From NCBI RefSeq assembly GCF_006345805.1, contig NC_043010.1:23560001-23624000 (forward strand): DNA of 64,000 bases. The letters are read 5' to 3'. Each line of letters begins with the position of its first letter. Position 1 is the stretch's first letter. Below the pieces are notes generated by a model, which worked only from the letters and a program-made list of their open reading frames with translations, was not told the origin of the DNA and did no database searches. Below, piece after piece: positions 50,216 through 63,616 of this stretch. This DNA comes from Octopus sinensis. Lineage: Eukaryota. The position numbers were made by a program, and so were the translations under genes.

Positions 50216-50628
50216 TTACTCTTACTCTTTTACTCTTGTACTTGTTTTAGTCATTTGACTGCGGTCATGCAGGAGCACCGCCTTTAGTCAAGCAAATCGA
50301 CCCCGGGACTTATTCTTTGTAAGCCCAGTACTTATTCTATCGGTCTCTTTTTGCCGAACCGCTAAGTGACAGGGACGTAAACACACCAGCATCGGTTGTC
50401 AAGCAATGCTAGGGGGACAAACACGGGCACACAACCACACACACACACATATATATATACATATATACGACAGGATTCTTTCAGTTTCCGTCTACCAAAT
50501 CCACTCACAAGGCATTGGTCAGCCCGAGGCTATAGCAGAAGATATTTGCCCAAGATGCCACGCAGTGGGACTGAACCCGGTACCATGTGGCTGGTTAGCA
50601 AGCTACTTACCACAGAGCCACTCCTGCA

Positions 50629-50632
<4 letters not shown>
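50216..50632 (-). mobile_element. tRNA-derived SINE family 1, full length
   Basis: Minus strand: aggtgcaggagtggctctgtggtaagtag (A box)...ccgggttcagtccc (B box)...internal (TA)/(TG) tract...GAGTAAAA-type tail. Confidence 0.9.
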
Positions 50633-50710
<78 letters not shown>

Positions 50711-50714
<4 letters not shown>

Positions 50715-51410
50715 AAAGGTTTGAAAATGCAATTTTAAAAGATTTACTTTACCGGTTTCACTCTTTGGAAAAAGATTGTCAAAAGTAACATGTAGAAGTT
50801 TGGTTGTGTTAATTATTGGTTATTGCAAATTGCTACATTACATATATACAGTCTTTGGTAACAAGGACATGTTAAGGACATAAAAAATTTAAAGAAATTC
50901 CTTAAAATATTGGGCACAAAAGATTACAGCATAAATAATCATTCTGAAGAACATGTTTAAAATAGTTTCCAGAAGGAATTAAAAAGTTCAGTGGGGTATT
51001 GGTATTGGTATTGTATCTGTATATTCAAACACGCACAGAATATTGGTTGACACAGAATACTACAATACATATATATATATACATTCTTTGGTGACAAGAG
51101 CATGTTGAGAACATATAAAAGTTTAACAAGTTCCTTGAAATATTGGACACAAAAGATTACAACAAATATATTATACATTCTCAAGATAATTTCCAGAAGG
51201 AATTATTAAAAAGTTCAGTGGAATATTGGTATACACGCACAGAATATTATGAGTTCAAAAAGGTTTGAACTCAATAGCAATATCCCACTGAACTTTTTAA
51301 TAATTCCTTCTGGAAACTATCTTAACCATGTTCTTGAGAATGATTATTTATGTAATCGGTAAAGTAAGTAAACAACTTTTAAAATTGCATTTTCAAACAT
51401 TCTTTCTTAT
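50711..51410. repeat. Tandem + inverted remnant, PLE pLTR-like, with a degenerate U3-A8 hammerhead (50744-50788, minus)
   Basis: Direct repeats ...tttccagaaggaatt...aagttcagtgg at about 50965 and 51190; inverted copy at about 51280-51400; TTACTT TTGACAA...GAAA CCGGTA AAGTAA. Confidence 0.55.
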
Positions 51411-52083
51411 ATAATTCCACTCGTGCGGTACCCTACAACTCCACTTTGTAATATATATATATATATTTTCTCCAGTTTCAGCTCAGAGTTGCAGCCATAG
51501 ATATATATATATATACTTGTGGTATATTCTATTAAGAACGTAGTAAAATACAGTATAAAGCTCGTCCACTTTCAGAGGTCACTCTATGCGCTCCAGTAGT
51601 TCTATTATACGTACTCCAGTTGTTTTTCAGTTATCTATTCACGACAGGAACCGAAACGCAAACCTGGAAGTAGGTATAATACTACTACTGTATAGCAGAG
51701 GGGGAAACCTGAAGGTGAACGAGCTTTATACTGCACTGTAATACGTTCTTAACAGAATATACCATAACTAATATTGACAGAAACCATGAAACAGGTATAA
51801 GTTGCTTTTTACATTAGAGTACTATAGAATGGAGAAAGTAAAGCTCGACCTCTCACTCACAGACATCCCCATACCAAGCAAAAGCGAATGCTTAAAACAA
51901 CTATCAGCAAACACAAGCTAATTCATAAGAAGAATGAGATGGAAAGCATTCTTATATGAAACGAAAAACAGAACACAGGGATACCAGAAGGAAGAAAAGG
52001 CACTCAAGAAAGAGTTCAAATCCCTGAGAACCCACCAACAAATCAACATCTAACACAATTCGAAGAACTCTACAAAATAATAA

Positions 52084-52120
<37 letters not shown>

Positions 52121-52128
52121 GTACATAT

Positions 52129-52159
<31 letters not shown>

Positions 52160-52160
52160 C

Positions 52161-52213
<53 letters not shown>

Positions 52214-52383
52214 ATACGTATGTATGTCTGTGTTTGTGTTTGGTCATGCTACCGCTTGACAACCGGTATAAATTCCTTTATGAATTCCGAACTTAGCTGT
52301 TCGGCCATAGACGATATTTATAAGTACTAAGCTTAAACAATAATAATAATAATAATAATAATAATATAATAATAATAATAATC

Positions 52384-52425
<42 letters not shown>

Positions 52426-53321
52426 GGTACTGGGGTTGATTCATTCAACTACAACTCTACGCGGTGCTGCCCCGGCATGGTTGCAGTCTAATGAATGAAA
52501 AACAAGAAAAAGAGAGCGTAAGATATAAACGCCATTTTAGTTCACTCAGCATTCTATCTAAGGTATTAGATCCCTCAGAAAGCTTTATATATGATATTCT
52601 TTATAAAATTATTTCAACCAAAGAAGAAAGTGATATCCTTATCCCATTTATAGATGGTCGCCTTCTTATTTGCCAGATTAATTCGGTTGATCTGAAGCTG
52701 TCATGAAATGTATGCAAGTCGATGGCTCCGCGAAGTAAAGTTTGAGAAAAGAACAGGTTCTTGTTCTGAATGCTTATGAGAAAAGTTTGGCTTAAATTGC
52801 GCTTGTGCACCTGTACACTTACTTGGCCTATGTTACACCTGTGCATTTGTACGCTTGTTTTATGACCAGCGGATAAAAGTAAAATCCACGCAAGTTTTCA
52901 AGTCAGAAATCGATTTTTTTCTTTTACCTTAAGTTCATTACTAATGGAAGCAGACATATCAAAACAAAGATGAAAGTTGCATACAAGTAGCTTTTTTGCG
53001 CAAATTCTTAGTAAAAGCAAAAAAAAAAACCACTCAATGAAATATTGGTTGTAACTTAAGGAAATTGCACCTGAGAACTATGTAGTCGTGTCAAGCAGAA
53101 CTGTGGAGCTTACCAAGGTTTCTTTTTTGTTTTGTTTCTCATCTATGTTACGTAATCAAAGATCTAATGAGTAATAACTTACCGCAGGAAATAATTAGCA
53201 ATCAAAACAGAAGCAAAATCAATACACACGCAGAAGCATATATGCATGTGTACACAAATACAAGCATAAATTTATATATATATATATATACAGGTAGATA
53301 TTTACATATATATATACATAC

Positions 53322-53354
<33 letters not shown>

Positions 53355-53894
53355 TAGGTATATGCACGCATTACATACACACACACATATACACAACACA
53401 CACATATGTGTATGTATGCATGTATGTATATGTATTCGTTTGTGCTTGTGCCAATGAAATTCTCTTGTTATATCAAATTATATATTTTCAAAGTTGGCTT
53501 TAGATCGTCCTTCGCTGCAACAGGTTTCATTTTGTGAACACAAGGAAACCTGATTCTCTGAATAGACGGTTCCCAACCAAACAACGTCACATCACATCTT
53601 GTCCCTTTGTACTACGAAGTGCTCACATATTGTATTTCGCTTCTTCCTGTCTGAGTCGCTGCTTTTGTGTACTCCAGCACACTTTCCAGCCAATAATCCC
53701 ATATTCTAAAATCATGATCAAACCAGAAGAGGAATGATAAACCCTAAGTCCTGTTTGTGCTCCAGATTCTCTCATATATTCTGTAGAAAATCGGGAGTTA
53801 ACCATGCCTCATTCATTATCCGTGAATCACAGATTAAGTTAAAGTTCTTACAACAGTGTGGACTCCACAAACAACATCTGAATTGTATGTAATG

Positions 53895-54065
53895 AGCTGG
53901 AACGGAGGATTGTGTTGTAAGAAATTTCCTTCTTCGCTACATGCTTCCGAGTTCAGTCCCGTTACATGGCATCTCAGGCAACAGTCATTTTCTATAGCCT
54001 TGGGCCGTTCAAAATCTTGTGAGTGGATTTGGTAGACGGAAACTGAAAGAAGTTCGTCGTGTATA
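53895..54065 (+). mobile_element. SINE family 1, 5' part, degraded
   Basis: gagttcagtcccgttacatggc...cttgtgagtggatttggtagacggaaactgaaagaag. Confidence 0.7.
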
Positions 54066-54354
54066 TATATATATATATATATGTATTTTCCCCACACAAC
54101 GGACCTCCACAATCCACGCTTCACCTGGAACAACGATTTATATTTACTTTGCGGGCTAATATCCCGCACGGACTTAACACTGCCCCCTCCTCTTAGTGAC
54201 TGCTTCTACACCTTCCGCAACAAGCAACATTATTTCTTCTTTCTTCTCTTCTCTTTTTTTCATTTACTTTCATTGCGTGCAATTACGTATTTTTTATTGT
54301 TTTATAATTTTTTTTATTGTATATAATTTTATTGTTTTTATAAATTATTGTTTT

Positions 54355-55790
54355 TATACACGAACACATACACACACACATACTCACATACCCACGAACA
54401 CACACATACCTCCCACATACCACGCACATAAAACATACATACATGCACATATACGCACACATACTTCCATACACATACACACACGCATACATACACATAT
54501 ACACACACCCACATACACCCTCGCGCACACACACATATGCGCGTACACACACACACGTACACAAACGTACACACACACAGGAATGCACAGAAACCTATCC
54601 CATCCAACCCCACGCACACACAGACACACACACATGAACGTACACACAAGAACATACACGCACATACACAAGCACACGCGCGTACGCACAATAAAATGAA
54701 CACAACCTGACACACATCTCCACGTTCACACACACGCACACAACCTGACACAGGTCTACACGTTCTCACACACACATATACACACGCACGCACATGCACA
54801 CACGCACCTACACATACACTCACATACATACGCACATAATACACGCACACACACATATACACACGTACATACACGCACACACCAGTACAGATGCCCACAT
54901 ATACCTCCAACAAACAATACTCATACAGATACGCACACAATTATACACACATGGGCACAGATAAACACGCACATACACGCACGTAAGCACACACACGCAC
55001 ACAAACACACGCATGCACATTACGCCTACACAACTAAAAAAAACCCCACACACGCGCATACACAAATTCACGTACACACCTATACATATACATACACACA
55101 ATATATGCCTACACGCGTACACACACATACACATGCGTATACACATATAGGCACAGACACACACACACACACGTACACAAAAACATGCGCACACATACGC
55201 ACGCACACACGCACACGAATGCACACACCCAACACTCACAACCCCACGGATACACGTATATACACCCACATACGTTTACACACACACACACAAATGAACC
55301 CACACATACATCCCATACACACAGCACACAATTATACACACACACACAATTATACATACATGTGTACACACATACGCACGTACAAGCACACACGCACACA
55401 TATACAAAGTAAAGCATAGTTATTCGCCACATACACAAACTCTACGCATACACATACGAACACACACATACACACACAACAAACAAAACAGACACACACA
55501 ACAAACAAAAACAGACACAGAATACATATACATACACGCACACACACAGACATACTTCAAACTAGCAGTACCTCTCACTGACCATGGGTAGACAGAAGAG
55601 CCGCTCCTAATTCCTTCTTCCTTGACCTTAAACAATACTAAACCCTGCAACACACATAGATTTACAGCCACAACCACACACACACGCACACACACGTGTT
55701 ATCATTGCACACATACACACATATACACACACGCACACGCAGACCTTCGTGCACGCACATATCCACACTTACACACACATACCTCCTCTT
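54355..55790. repeat. Long degenerate (CA)n/(CATA)n block
   Basis: Direct inspection; source of the HT/CV ORFs. Confidence 0.92.
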
Positions 55791-55920
55791 GCACTCTCCT
55801 GTCTTTGCAAGAACTTTTCTTCACCCATTTTCTCCCGATCATTTAAAATGTGACCGCGTGTGTACCGTTGGCGATTTCTTTTCCTCCGTCTTCCCTTCTT
55901 TGGATCTTTCCTTTTCCTAT

Positions 55921-55955
55921 GTTTCTGACGAAGAGCCTCGCTCGAAACGTTAAAC
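55921..55955 (+). ncRNA. Minimal hammerhead motif (35 nt)
   Basis: GTTT CTGACGA A GAGC-ctc-GCTC GAAA CGTT AAAC: 4-bp stems I and II, palindromic ACGT stem III. Confidence 0.6.
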
Positions 55956-56059
55956 CCTCCTTCTTCCCTTCCTTTCTGAGCGTCCAATAATACTATATTT
56001 GTCCCACATCCTCGCGTTGTTGTGTTTTCTCTTTGTGCTGTCATGTTTGGATTAACTGT

Positions 56060-56109
<50 letters not shown>

Positions 56110-56939
56110 TTTTCTACTATCTTACTGTCTCTCCCTCTCTCTCTCTCTCTCTCTCTGATTCTTCATTCTTTCTGGTTTTCTCTACAACCATTCCCTTTTT
56201 TCTCTCCCTTTCTCTTGGTCCTCCTCCTCCCTCTCGTCGCTGACCCGCGACGAGAGCTCTGCTACTGTCTTTCTTACCTGGCTTCCTTCAAGTGTAGATG
56301 GCATTTTCTGTGGCTCCTTCACCGTTCTCAAAAATAGCGTTCGTAATACTTTATCTCGTTCGGCTTAACAACCCTTCTTGTCTGTGTTACTGTTATTCTC
56401 CTTGTCCTGTCTTTTACTTTTTATATTTTGTACTGTCGTTACTGTCCTGTTTTTGTTACAATTTTTACCCCTCCGCAAAAAGATCTCAAATTCTATTTAA
56501 TTTGCTTTTCGCGGGAAGGAAAGTTTCAATCGAAGATGCGTCTCGCCTTCACCTTCGAAACGCAGAGTAGATGAAACCATGGCGACTGAAGAAGGGGAAT
56601 TTTCCTTGTGTTATTTGTCCTGTACTCTATTTTTTCGTTGTTTAAGAAAAATGTACAGTTCCTTAGTTTTTTTGTTTATGTTTTCGTTTCTCATTGTGTT
56701 CGACGTTTTTTTGGTGTCCTGTATCCATATATGCATGTATATATACATGTAGAGGTAGGTAGTACATATATGTATGTATATATGCATATGTTTTATTTTA
56801 TTTATTAATTTATTATATATATATATATATTTATGTATGTATGTATATATATATATGCATATGTATGTGTGTGTATGTGTGTGCGTATGTATGTGCACGT
56901 GCGCGCGTATGTGTGTACATCATTCTGCCTATGTATGTC

Positions 56940-57125
56940 CTGTACCACCTCTTGACAACTGGTGCTGGTTTATTTACGTCCCCACAAAATAGCGGTGGGC
57001 AAAACAGACGGACACAATGTGTACTAGACTTTTAAAATATAAGTCCTGCGTTCGATTCATTCGCTTATAAATTCTTCGAGATGGTGCTCCAACATGGCTG
57101 CAGCCTAATGACTGGCACAAGATGA
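56940..57125 (+). mobile_element. SINE family 1, 3' part
   Basis: ttgacaactggtgctggtttatttacgtccccac...ggtgctccaacatggctgcag. Confidence 0.65.
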
Positions 57126-57847
57126 TCGATAAAAAATACCCCAAAGGCGCGTATATTTCATCTGTGGGGTTTCCATTTAATTTCCGTTCAAAATGGTTTC
57201 TCTCCCAATACTTTGGCCCACCTGAAACTATGCCAAAGCTACACTTACAATATCCTGTGCAATAGATGGTACATGATTGTAAGGCTAGCTTCATAATGAT
57301 CCCATTAACAGACCCAAGAATATTGCTTGTATATATTGTTAGGACTCAGTGTCATGCCGATAATTCTGGGTATTTTACTTCTTTGTTTTAAAGCAACTTG
57401 ATTTGTAAGAAACACCAGCCAAATCACCCTCATATTACGTCTTAACAAAAGGAAGTACAAATTGGATAAAACTTTACTTGATACACTGTACGACACCAAC
57501 AAGAACAATCACATCAGGCACGGCAACAGCTTCATACGCAATGACAGACGGCATGACGTCCTCATACGAACAATTGAAGCGTTCTAATGATTCCACTAAT
57601 TCTATCATAGTATTTCATTTTAATGTGTTTCCTTTGAATCTTCCGAAATTATTGATCGATAACCATTTTTCAAAAATATTGAACTGATCGATATTTTATT
57701 AAAGAACCATACCACTACAAATTTAGAATAAGCTTTATATAGTTATTGCACATCAAAATATTGTTTATATGAAAATAATTTGTTCGTATCATTATTGTAA
57801 AGATCAGAGATCTTCTGGCAATGGGTAGTCAATACGATTTATTCTTT

Positions 57848-58382
57848 TATGAGATCAGATCAAAAAATATCGGACCTTGTGCTATAAAAACAAAACTATA
57901 CACATATCAATTCGGCTTTTAATCTCTTTTGAAACTGTCCCCTTTCCGAAGTCACACATTTATCCAGCGTCGTCTCCATTGATTGAAGCATTCCTGCAAT
58001 TTTTTGAGGGGATAGGGATCAGCAACCCGTCGCATTCTCTTGGATTTCCTCGATGCCTTGAAACCTTGTTAGGGGTCTTCCACTTGGAAGACTGAACCTA
58101 GATTCTGGGTCATAACCAGAAACCCACGATTCGTCACTTTTTATGACCGGTTTGAAAAAGTATTTGTCTTCCTCGACATAGTCAAGGAGATCCTGCACAG
58201 CTGAAAACCGATCTTCGTTTTCAGACGACCACACTTTATACACTCTACTTCCAAGCATTGTTGCAAACAATGGAAGCGCGTAAGAACGTTATCACTTAGT
58301 GCAGCAGAATTCAGCGTCACTTGCCGTACTTTTATTCTGTTACCATAGCAACAGTCCTGATACTTTTTGATCAGACCTCGTA
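57848..58382 (-). mobile_element. Internally deleted mariner element
   Basis: TIR TA|CGAGGTCTGATCAAAAAGTATCAGGAC with an imperfect partner at 57848; remnant QDLLDYVEEDKYFFKPVIKSDESWVSGYDPE (first catalytic D region). Confidence 0.85.
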
Positions 58383-58602
58383 GGGTTTAGAGAAACTCCT
58401 TTGAGATATTTGAGGGTCACATTTTGCTCCCAAGTCATTGTTCAAATAAGGGGATATAACTCTAATAAACGCATGGATCATATTCCGTTGAGACATTTAA
58501 ACACATGATATAAGATAGGTTTCATGTATAACAAGAGAATTTCCAAAATGAGGGTCATAAGTGTACTCAAAGCACAGGTAAATCAAATAATTAGGGGTGT
58601 AT

Positions 58603-58820
58603 AAGGCGGCGAGGTGGCAGAACCGTTACCGTGCCGGAAAACGTTTTGTAGCATTTCGTCCGTCTTTACGTTCTAAGTTCAATTTCCGTTAAGCTCGAAC
58701 TTTGCATTTCATCCTCTCTGCATCGATAAAATAAGTATCAGTTGAGCCGTGGAGTCGATTTAATCGACTTAAATCCTCCCCCGATATTACTGGCCTTGTG
58801 TCAAGATTTGAAAGCAATAT
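58603..58820 (+). mobile_element. tRNA-SINE family 4 (CORE-like centre)
   Basis: ggcgaggtggcagaaccgtta...gttctaagttcaa...gataaaataagtatcagttgag; related to 62817-63025 and about 60540-60720. Confidence 0.7.
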
Positions 58821-58894
58821 TTAAGAGTATAATACTGATGAAAAAGAAGTATGCATTTGAAATGGGAACTATATTAAACATGAAAGTAAGAATA

Positions 58895-59010
58895 TACAGT
58901 AATCCCTCGCCATATCGCGGTTCACCTATCGCACACTCAGTATATCGCGGTTTATCTATCGCACACTCAGTACATCGTGGTTTATCTATTGCGCACGCAG
59001 TACATCGCGA
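58895..59010 (+). mobile_element. pogo/Tigger-like terminus with 30-bp tandem repeats
   Basis: TA|CAGTAATCCCTCGCCATATCGCGG, then exact 30-bp period at 58911, 58941, 58971 and 59001. Confidence 0.6.
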
Positions 59011-59026
59011 ATTTTTGTGGCTAATA

Positions 59027-59523
59027 TACAAGGTTATTTAAAAAGAATGAACCGATTTCATTACGCAACATTTTAATAAGGAAAAGCAATAGAATACTCC
59101 AGCTAAGTCACAAGTATTTACTTACAATCAACTTTTATTTCCTGTCTTACAAGGGTTCAATGTGGCCACAGCATATCAGAAGCAAGTTCATTATGGAACC
59201 AAAGAATAAGTTTGAGTTGCTTGAGGCGATTCCAGAAGATATTGACATAGAAAGGAAATGGAAAAACTTCGATAAAGCATTCAACCAGACAGCCAAAGAA
59301 GTACTCAGTGGATCGTGGTATGCTGATACACATCTAGGAGGAATTCTCTTATCGCATTGATGTTCCCCGTGCTGCAGGTGGTGGCCACATTGAACACTTG
59401 TAAGACAAGAAATAAAAGTTGATTGTAAGCAAATACTTGTGGCTTAGCTGGAGTTTTCTATTGCTTTTCCTTATTAAAATATTGCGTAATGAAATCGGTT
59501 CATTCTTTTTGAATAACCCTGTA
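59027..59523. mobile_element. Tc1/mariner-type MITE with 141-bp inverted arms and an RTE-like insert
   Basis: Arms 59029-59169 / 59381-59521, TA on both sides; right part reads EEFSYRIDVPRAAGGGHIEHL*; interior reads KNKFELLEAIPEDIDIERKWKNFDKAFNQTAKEVL. Confidence 0.8.
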
Positions 59524-61617
59524 TGTAAAGTTATAGCGCGGACTCCTCAGCATATCGCGGGTTTCTGTGGTTACCAGGTATTTATATTTTTTATTAGATT
59601 TTAATTATTTTTGTGGGAGGTTTTGGAACATTTTTCGGAAGTGGGACATTCGTCGACGTAACCTACGAAGTTCCAGTTTGCAAGTTGTTATGTAAAAATA
59701 TAAAATTTCAATATGTGACAGTGACATTTGAATCTCGAGCATCTGGTTTATTAAAATTCTTCGGCGTCTTAAGAAACATATATCTTGTCTAACGGTGGTC
59801 TGTACTTGGGTAGATCCAGATCTTTTGCGCACGATCTGGGAGGGCTCGTACTATCTCATGCAGCTGTTAAGTAGATTACTGGAATTTCGTCTTACACGAC
59901 TAAACTTGGGATGAACAGTAGAATGGTTTCCTGTTCTTTCCTCCAGAAAGGTGGGATTTGAATTCGGGAATGTAGAGAGCAAGAATTTACACCGCAAAGC
60001 ATCGCTGCCAAAGCGCCAATGATTCTGTCATTGCCCCACTCGCAGAGCAACGTGAGACGAAGCGTTTTGCTCATAATTAAAACGCTCCACCCAGTCTGAG
60101 AATTGAGCTTACGATCTAACAATCGCGAGTGAAATGTCACAACCACAGGACCACGCATTTGCACTGAACTATATATCTGTATCCCTTATATTTTAATCAT
60201 AATGCGTTTCATGACATAACGAAAAGAACAAAAGGAAATCATTATGTGATTTTCATTTTTATTCATATCAGTAAAAATGCGGTGAGAAAAAACTTATCCG
60301 GTTTGCATTGGACATTGAAAGAGAAAACCTTCAACACCTGACTGGTCCTTCAACCACGTTCGCTCTGCCTGTTTTGTCAACCACCGACGTTCGACACCAC
60401 TTTCGGATTCGTTCCCTTCAACAACTGTTGCACAAACAATGCATCCTCTTTCCTCTTCCTTATCTCTTTTAATCGTTCGCACTATGTGTTCTTTTAGTTT
60501 TCGTTTGTTTTTATTTTTTTCATTTTCCAGTTCAGCAACAAGTTGTTAGCGCACCGGACAAAATGCTACGCGTCAGTTCTTCTGACCCTACGGTCTGAGT
60601 TCAAATACATTTCCTCTTTTCCCGATCGATGAAGTAAGTACTAGTTGACTACTGGGACCGATGTTATAGATTTCCCCTGCCCGACCACTAAATTTGCTGG
60701 CTTGTACCAAAAGTGCAGTGTTAAACAACTGCAAAGCAGCTCTGAAAGCTTCATAATATTTACTTCTACAAAATTTCTATAAATTCTTAAATCAGTATTG
60801 AAAGCTACGATGTTTCGTATGCGAATACATCTATATAAACAATGCGATCGAAGATAGGAAAAATAGGTAGTGGGTGTAGATCCACATTTCTAGAGTTATT
60901 GCTCTTTCATCAGTACCACAATCAACCCGTCAATCATCCATGAATGCATTGCTTAAATACCCGCTAAGTTAGCCAGGTGAATATTAAAGTTTACTCTTTG
61001 CATTGTGTTGTAACAACAGAACGATAAGAATCTTTGTATTGTAGCTACTAAACGGCAACACTTCACTGCTTGTGTTGTAGTTACAGAACTACATTAACGT
61101 TATATCTACATACTTTGGACCGAAATAATCTGAATATTTCAAATTTTACAGTAGAAAAACTCACTTCTCGAAATCTGCAAGCTTTTTCTCAGATGTATGA
61201 AGGACGAGAGTCAAAATGAAATGAATAGAATGCAACCAGAATTGGATTCTAAACCGAATCACGGAATCGGTTCACCAGGAAAATCGTCGTCTATGACTTT
61301 GATTGTGAGCGAATCATTTGTGATTATGTTAATATGTATTGATTTTTATTTTTAGTCAGGAACAAGTCCGCAAATTTTTAGGCTAGCGGAATGAGATTGT
61401 GTTTTTCTCATGGGTATTAACGATGTAACTGAAGTTAATCGAACATTGCTGATCTGACAATATATCGGGAATTCCCATTATCAATAGAGCGGATAAATTC
61501 AACCATCTGGACAGAATTATATCACTTAGAGACCTGCTGTTTTACCATTCAATGAAATTTGGGGAATAAATTCCATTATGTCATTCTGCAGAATTGACAT
61601 ACGTCTCTTTCAGTTAA

Positions 61618-61686
<69 letters not shown>

Positions 61687-61826
61687 TCTTTAATAGAATG
61701 GCAAAATTTTGTACAAATCACACAGTGAATCAGTGAACTGTCTCTTCTCTTTCTCTGTCCCTTTGTCTCTCCTTTTCAAAATATCTCTGCTGTTTATTGT
61801 TAAACCTGGAAGTGTTAAATCTAAGG

Positions 61827-62003
61827 CAGTGGTTCTCATCAATTTTAACATCCAGGCCACATCCCAAACCTGGATTTTGTTAGGGGCCTGTACCAAAAAA
61901 AATTAAATAAAAGCACGAGTCAATCAAGGAAAAGTATGGACGGAACATCACCCAGGACTGCCGGAAGGATATTTGAGGGCCACATGTAACCATGAGAACC
62001 GCG
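61827..62003. mobile_element. hAT (Charlie-like) MITE
   Basis: CAGTGGTTCTCA ... TGAGAACCGCG imperfect TIRs; TSD not resolved. Confidence 0.45.
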
Positions 62004-62816
62004 ATGGAGAACCGCTTATCGAAAACTTATTCAACTTAAGACCTATTGTCCTTGAGCGCTTAACTCCTATAAAACTGCACTAGAACCGCTGCTGCTTGGA
62101 ATGTATCTCAGTTATTTTAAAAGTCACGGTCTCATTCCTCTCTAGGCCTGAACACAGCTGTTTCTTCCCAGAGCGATTATGTTTATAAAGAGAAGAATAA
62201 TCGACTTAAGTATTGGACTGCTACTTTATTAATCGAAAGTGGAGCTAAAGTTGATTTCAGTAGGAAGGGGTCCTAGAATAGCGATGGTTATGGGAAGTTG
62301 TTTACATCTTTAGCATGTAATAATTGCCGATATAGACACTCGTTGGTTGATTCTTCATTCACACTTTACGTTGTATGTTAAAAGACAGAGATAAATAAAG
62401 CGATAGAGAGAGAGAGAGAAAGAGAGAGTAAGAAAGAGCGATGAAGAGAGGGTTAGCATAAGAGAGGAGAGATGAGTGCATATACTAGGCTTGGTGCAGG
62501 CAATGTGTAAAGGAACACTATACAGAGAGAAAAGCTCATAGATAGATGAGGAGGAGAGGGAGGAGAAGGAGGAGGGGGAGGAGAAGGAGGAGAGCAGTGG
62601 TATTCGTGGTGGTGGTGGTAATGATGGTGTTTTGGTGGTGGTTTTGGTGGTGGTGGTGGTGGTGGTATCGGTGGTGGTGGTGGAGCTAGTTGGCTACAGT
62701 TGCAGAAGGGTCTGCATTTCTTTTCCACTCCTGCATTGGTCGCTAGACATTCACTAACTCTTATAAATAAGTGTGTATGTGTGTATATTTATATTAATTG
62801 CTATGTGTATGCTTAT

Positions 62817-63025
62817 AAGATGGTGAGCTGGCAGAATCGGACACCGAACGAAATAATTAGCAGTACTTTGACCATCGCTACGTCCTGAGTTCAAATTTAG
62901 CCGAGGTCGACTTTGCCTTTCATCATTTCAGTGTCAATAGATTAAGTACCAGTTGCGTACTGAGGTCGATCTAATCCACTTGCCCTCTGCCCAAACATTT
63001 CGGATCTTGTGCTTAAAGTAGAAAA
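62817..63025 (+). mobile_element. tRNA-SINE family 4 (CORE-like centre)
   Basis: ggtgagctggcagaatcg...ctgagttcaaatttagccgaggtcgactttgcctttcatc...gattaagtaccagttg. Confidence 0.75.
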
Positions 63026-63053
63026 AAATATGTAAGCATATATATATATATAA

Positions 63054-63108
<55 letters not shown>

Positions 63109-63498
63109 GTATGTATATATATATATATATATTTGTGTGTGTGTTGTGTGTGTGTGTGTGTACAGGCTGGTCCAAAAGTTTGGACTCATAGGCAATTTAT
63201 TATATAAAACTTTAAGGTTTACAATAAGTGTTCAAACTGATTTCCACCTTCTTCCAAACACTTCCTTACTCGAGGGAGACATGATCTTTGCACATTTCTG
63301 ACCATAGAGTTATTACCTCTTATGGTTTCAATTATGCTTATTCTTTGTATGCCTAGAACTTATACTATCGGTCTCTCTTGCCGAACTCTAAGTTACGGGG
63401 ATGTAAACACACAAACATCAGTGATGTTGGGGAACAAACACAGACACACAAACATACACATATACGTATATACATACATACATACATACATACATACA

Positions 63499-63532
<34 letters not shown>

Positions 63533-63616
63533 GAAATGGCAAGACAACAAGAGAATGAAAGAAACGTCGATATTATGTAAATAGAGGACTTTATCTGTAA
63601 ATATAATATGTGACAC

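Noticed and set aside
52464-52860. Possible host exon (open frames on both strands, GTAAGT on the minus strand near 52820)
   Set aside because: No recognisable domain and no consistent acceptor/donor pair; needs RNA-seq or homology.
53530-53830. IMNEAWLTPD resembling an APE endonuclease motif on the minus strand
   Set aside because: One short motif with stops nearby; insufficient.
56530-56610. CTGAAGA and CGAAACG words
   Set aside because: Wrong order and spacing, and no consistent stems I and III.
57400-57600. Open frame ITLILRLNKRKYKLDK...
   Set aside because: No family motif recognised.
63160-63300. TACAGGCTGGTCCAAAAG Tc1-like terminus
   Set aside because: No partner TIR or transposase remnant found.
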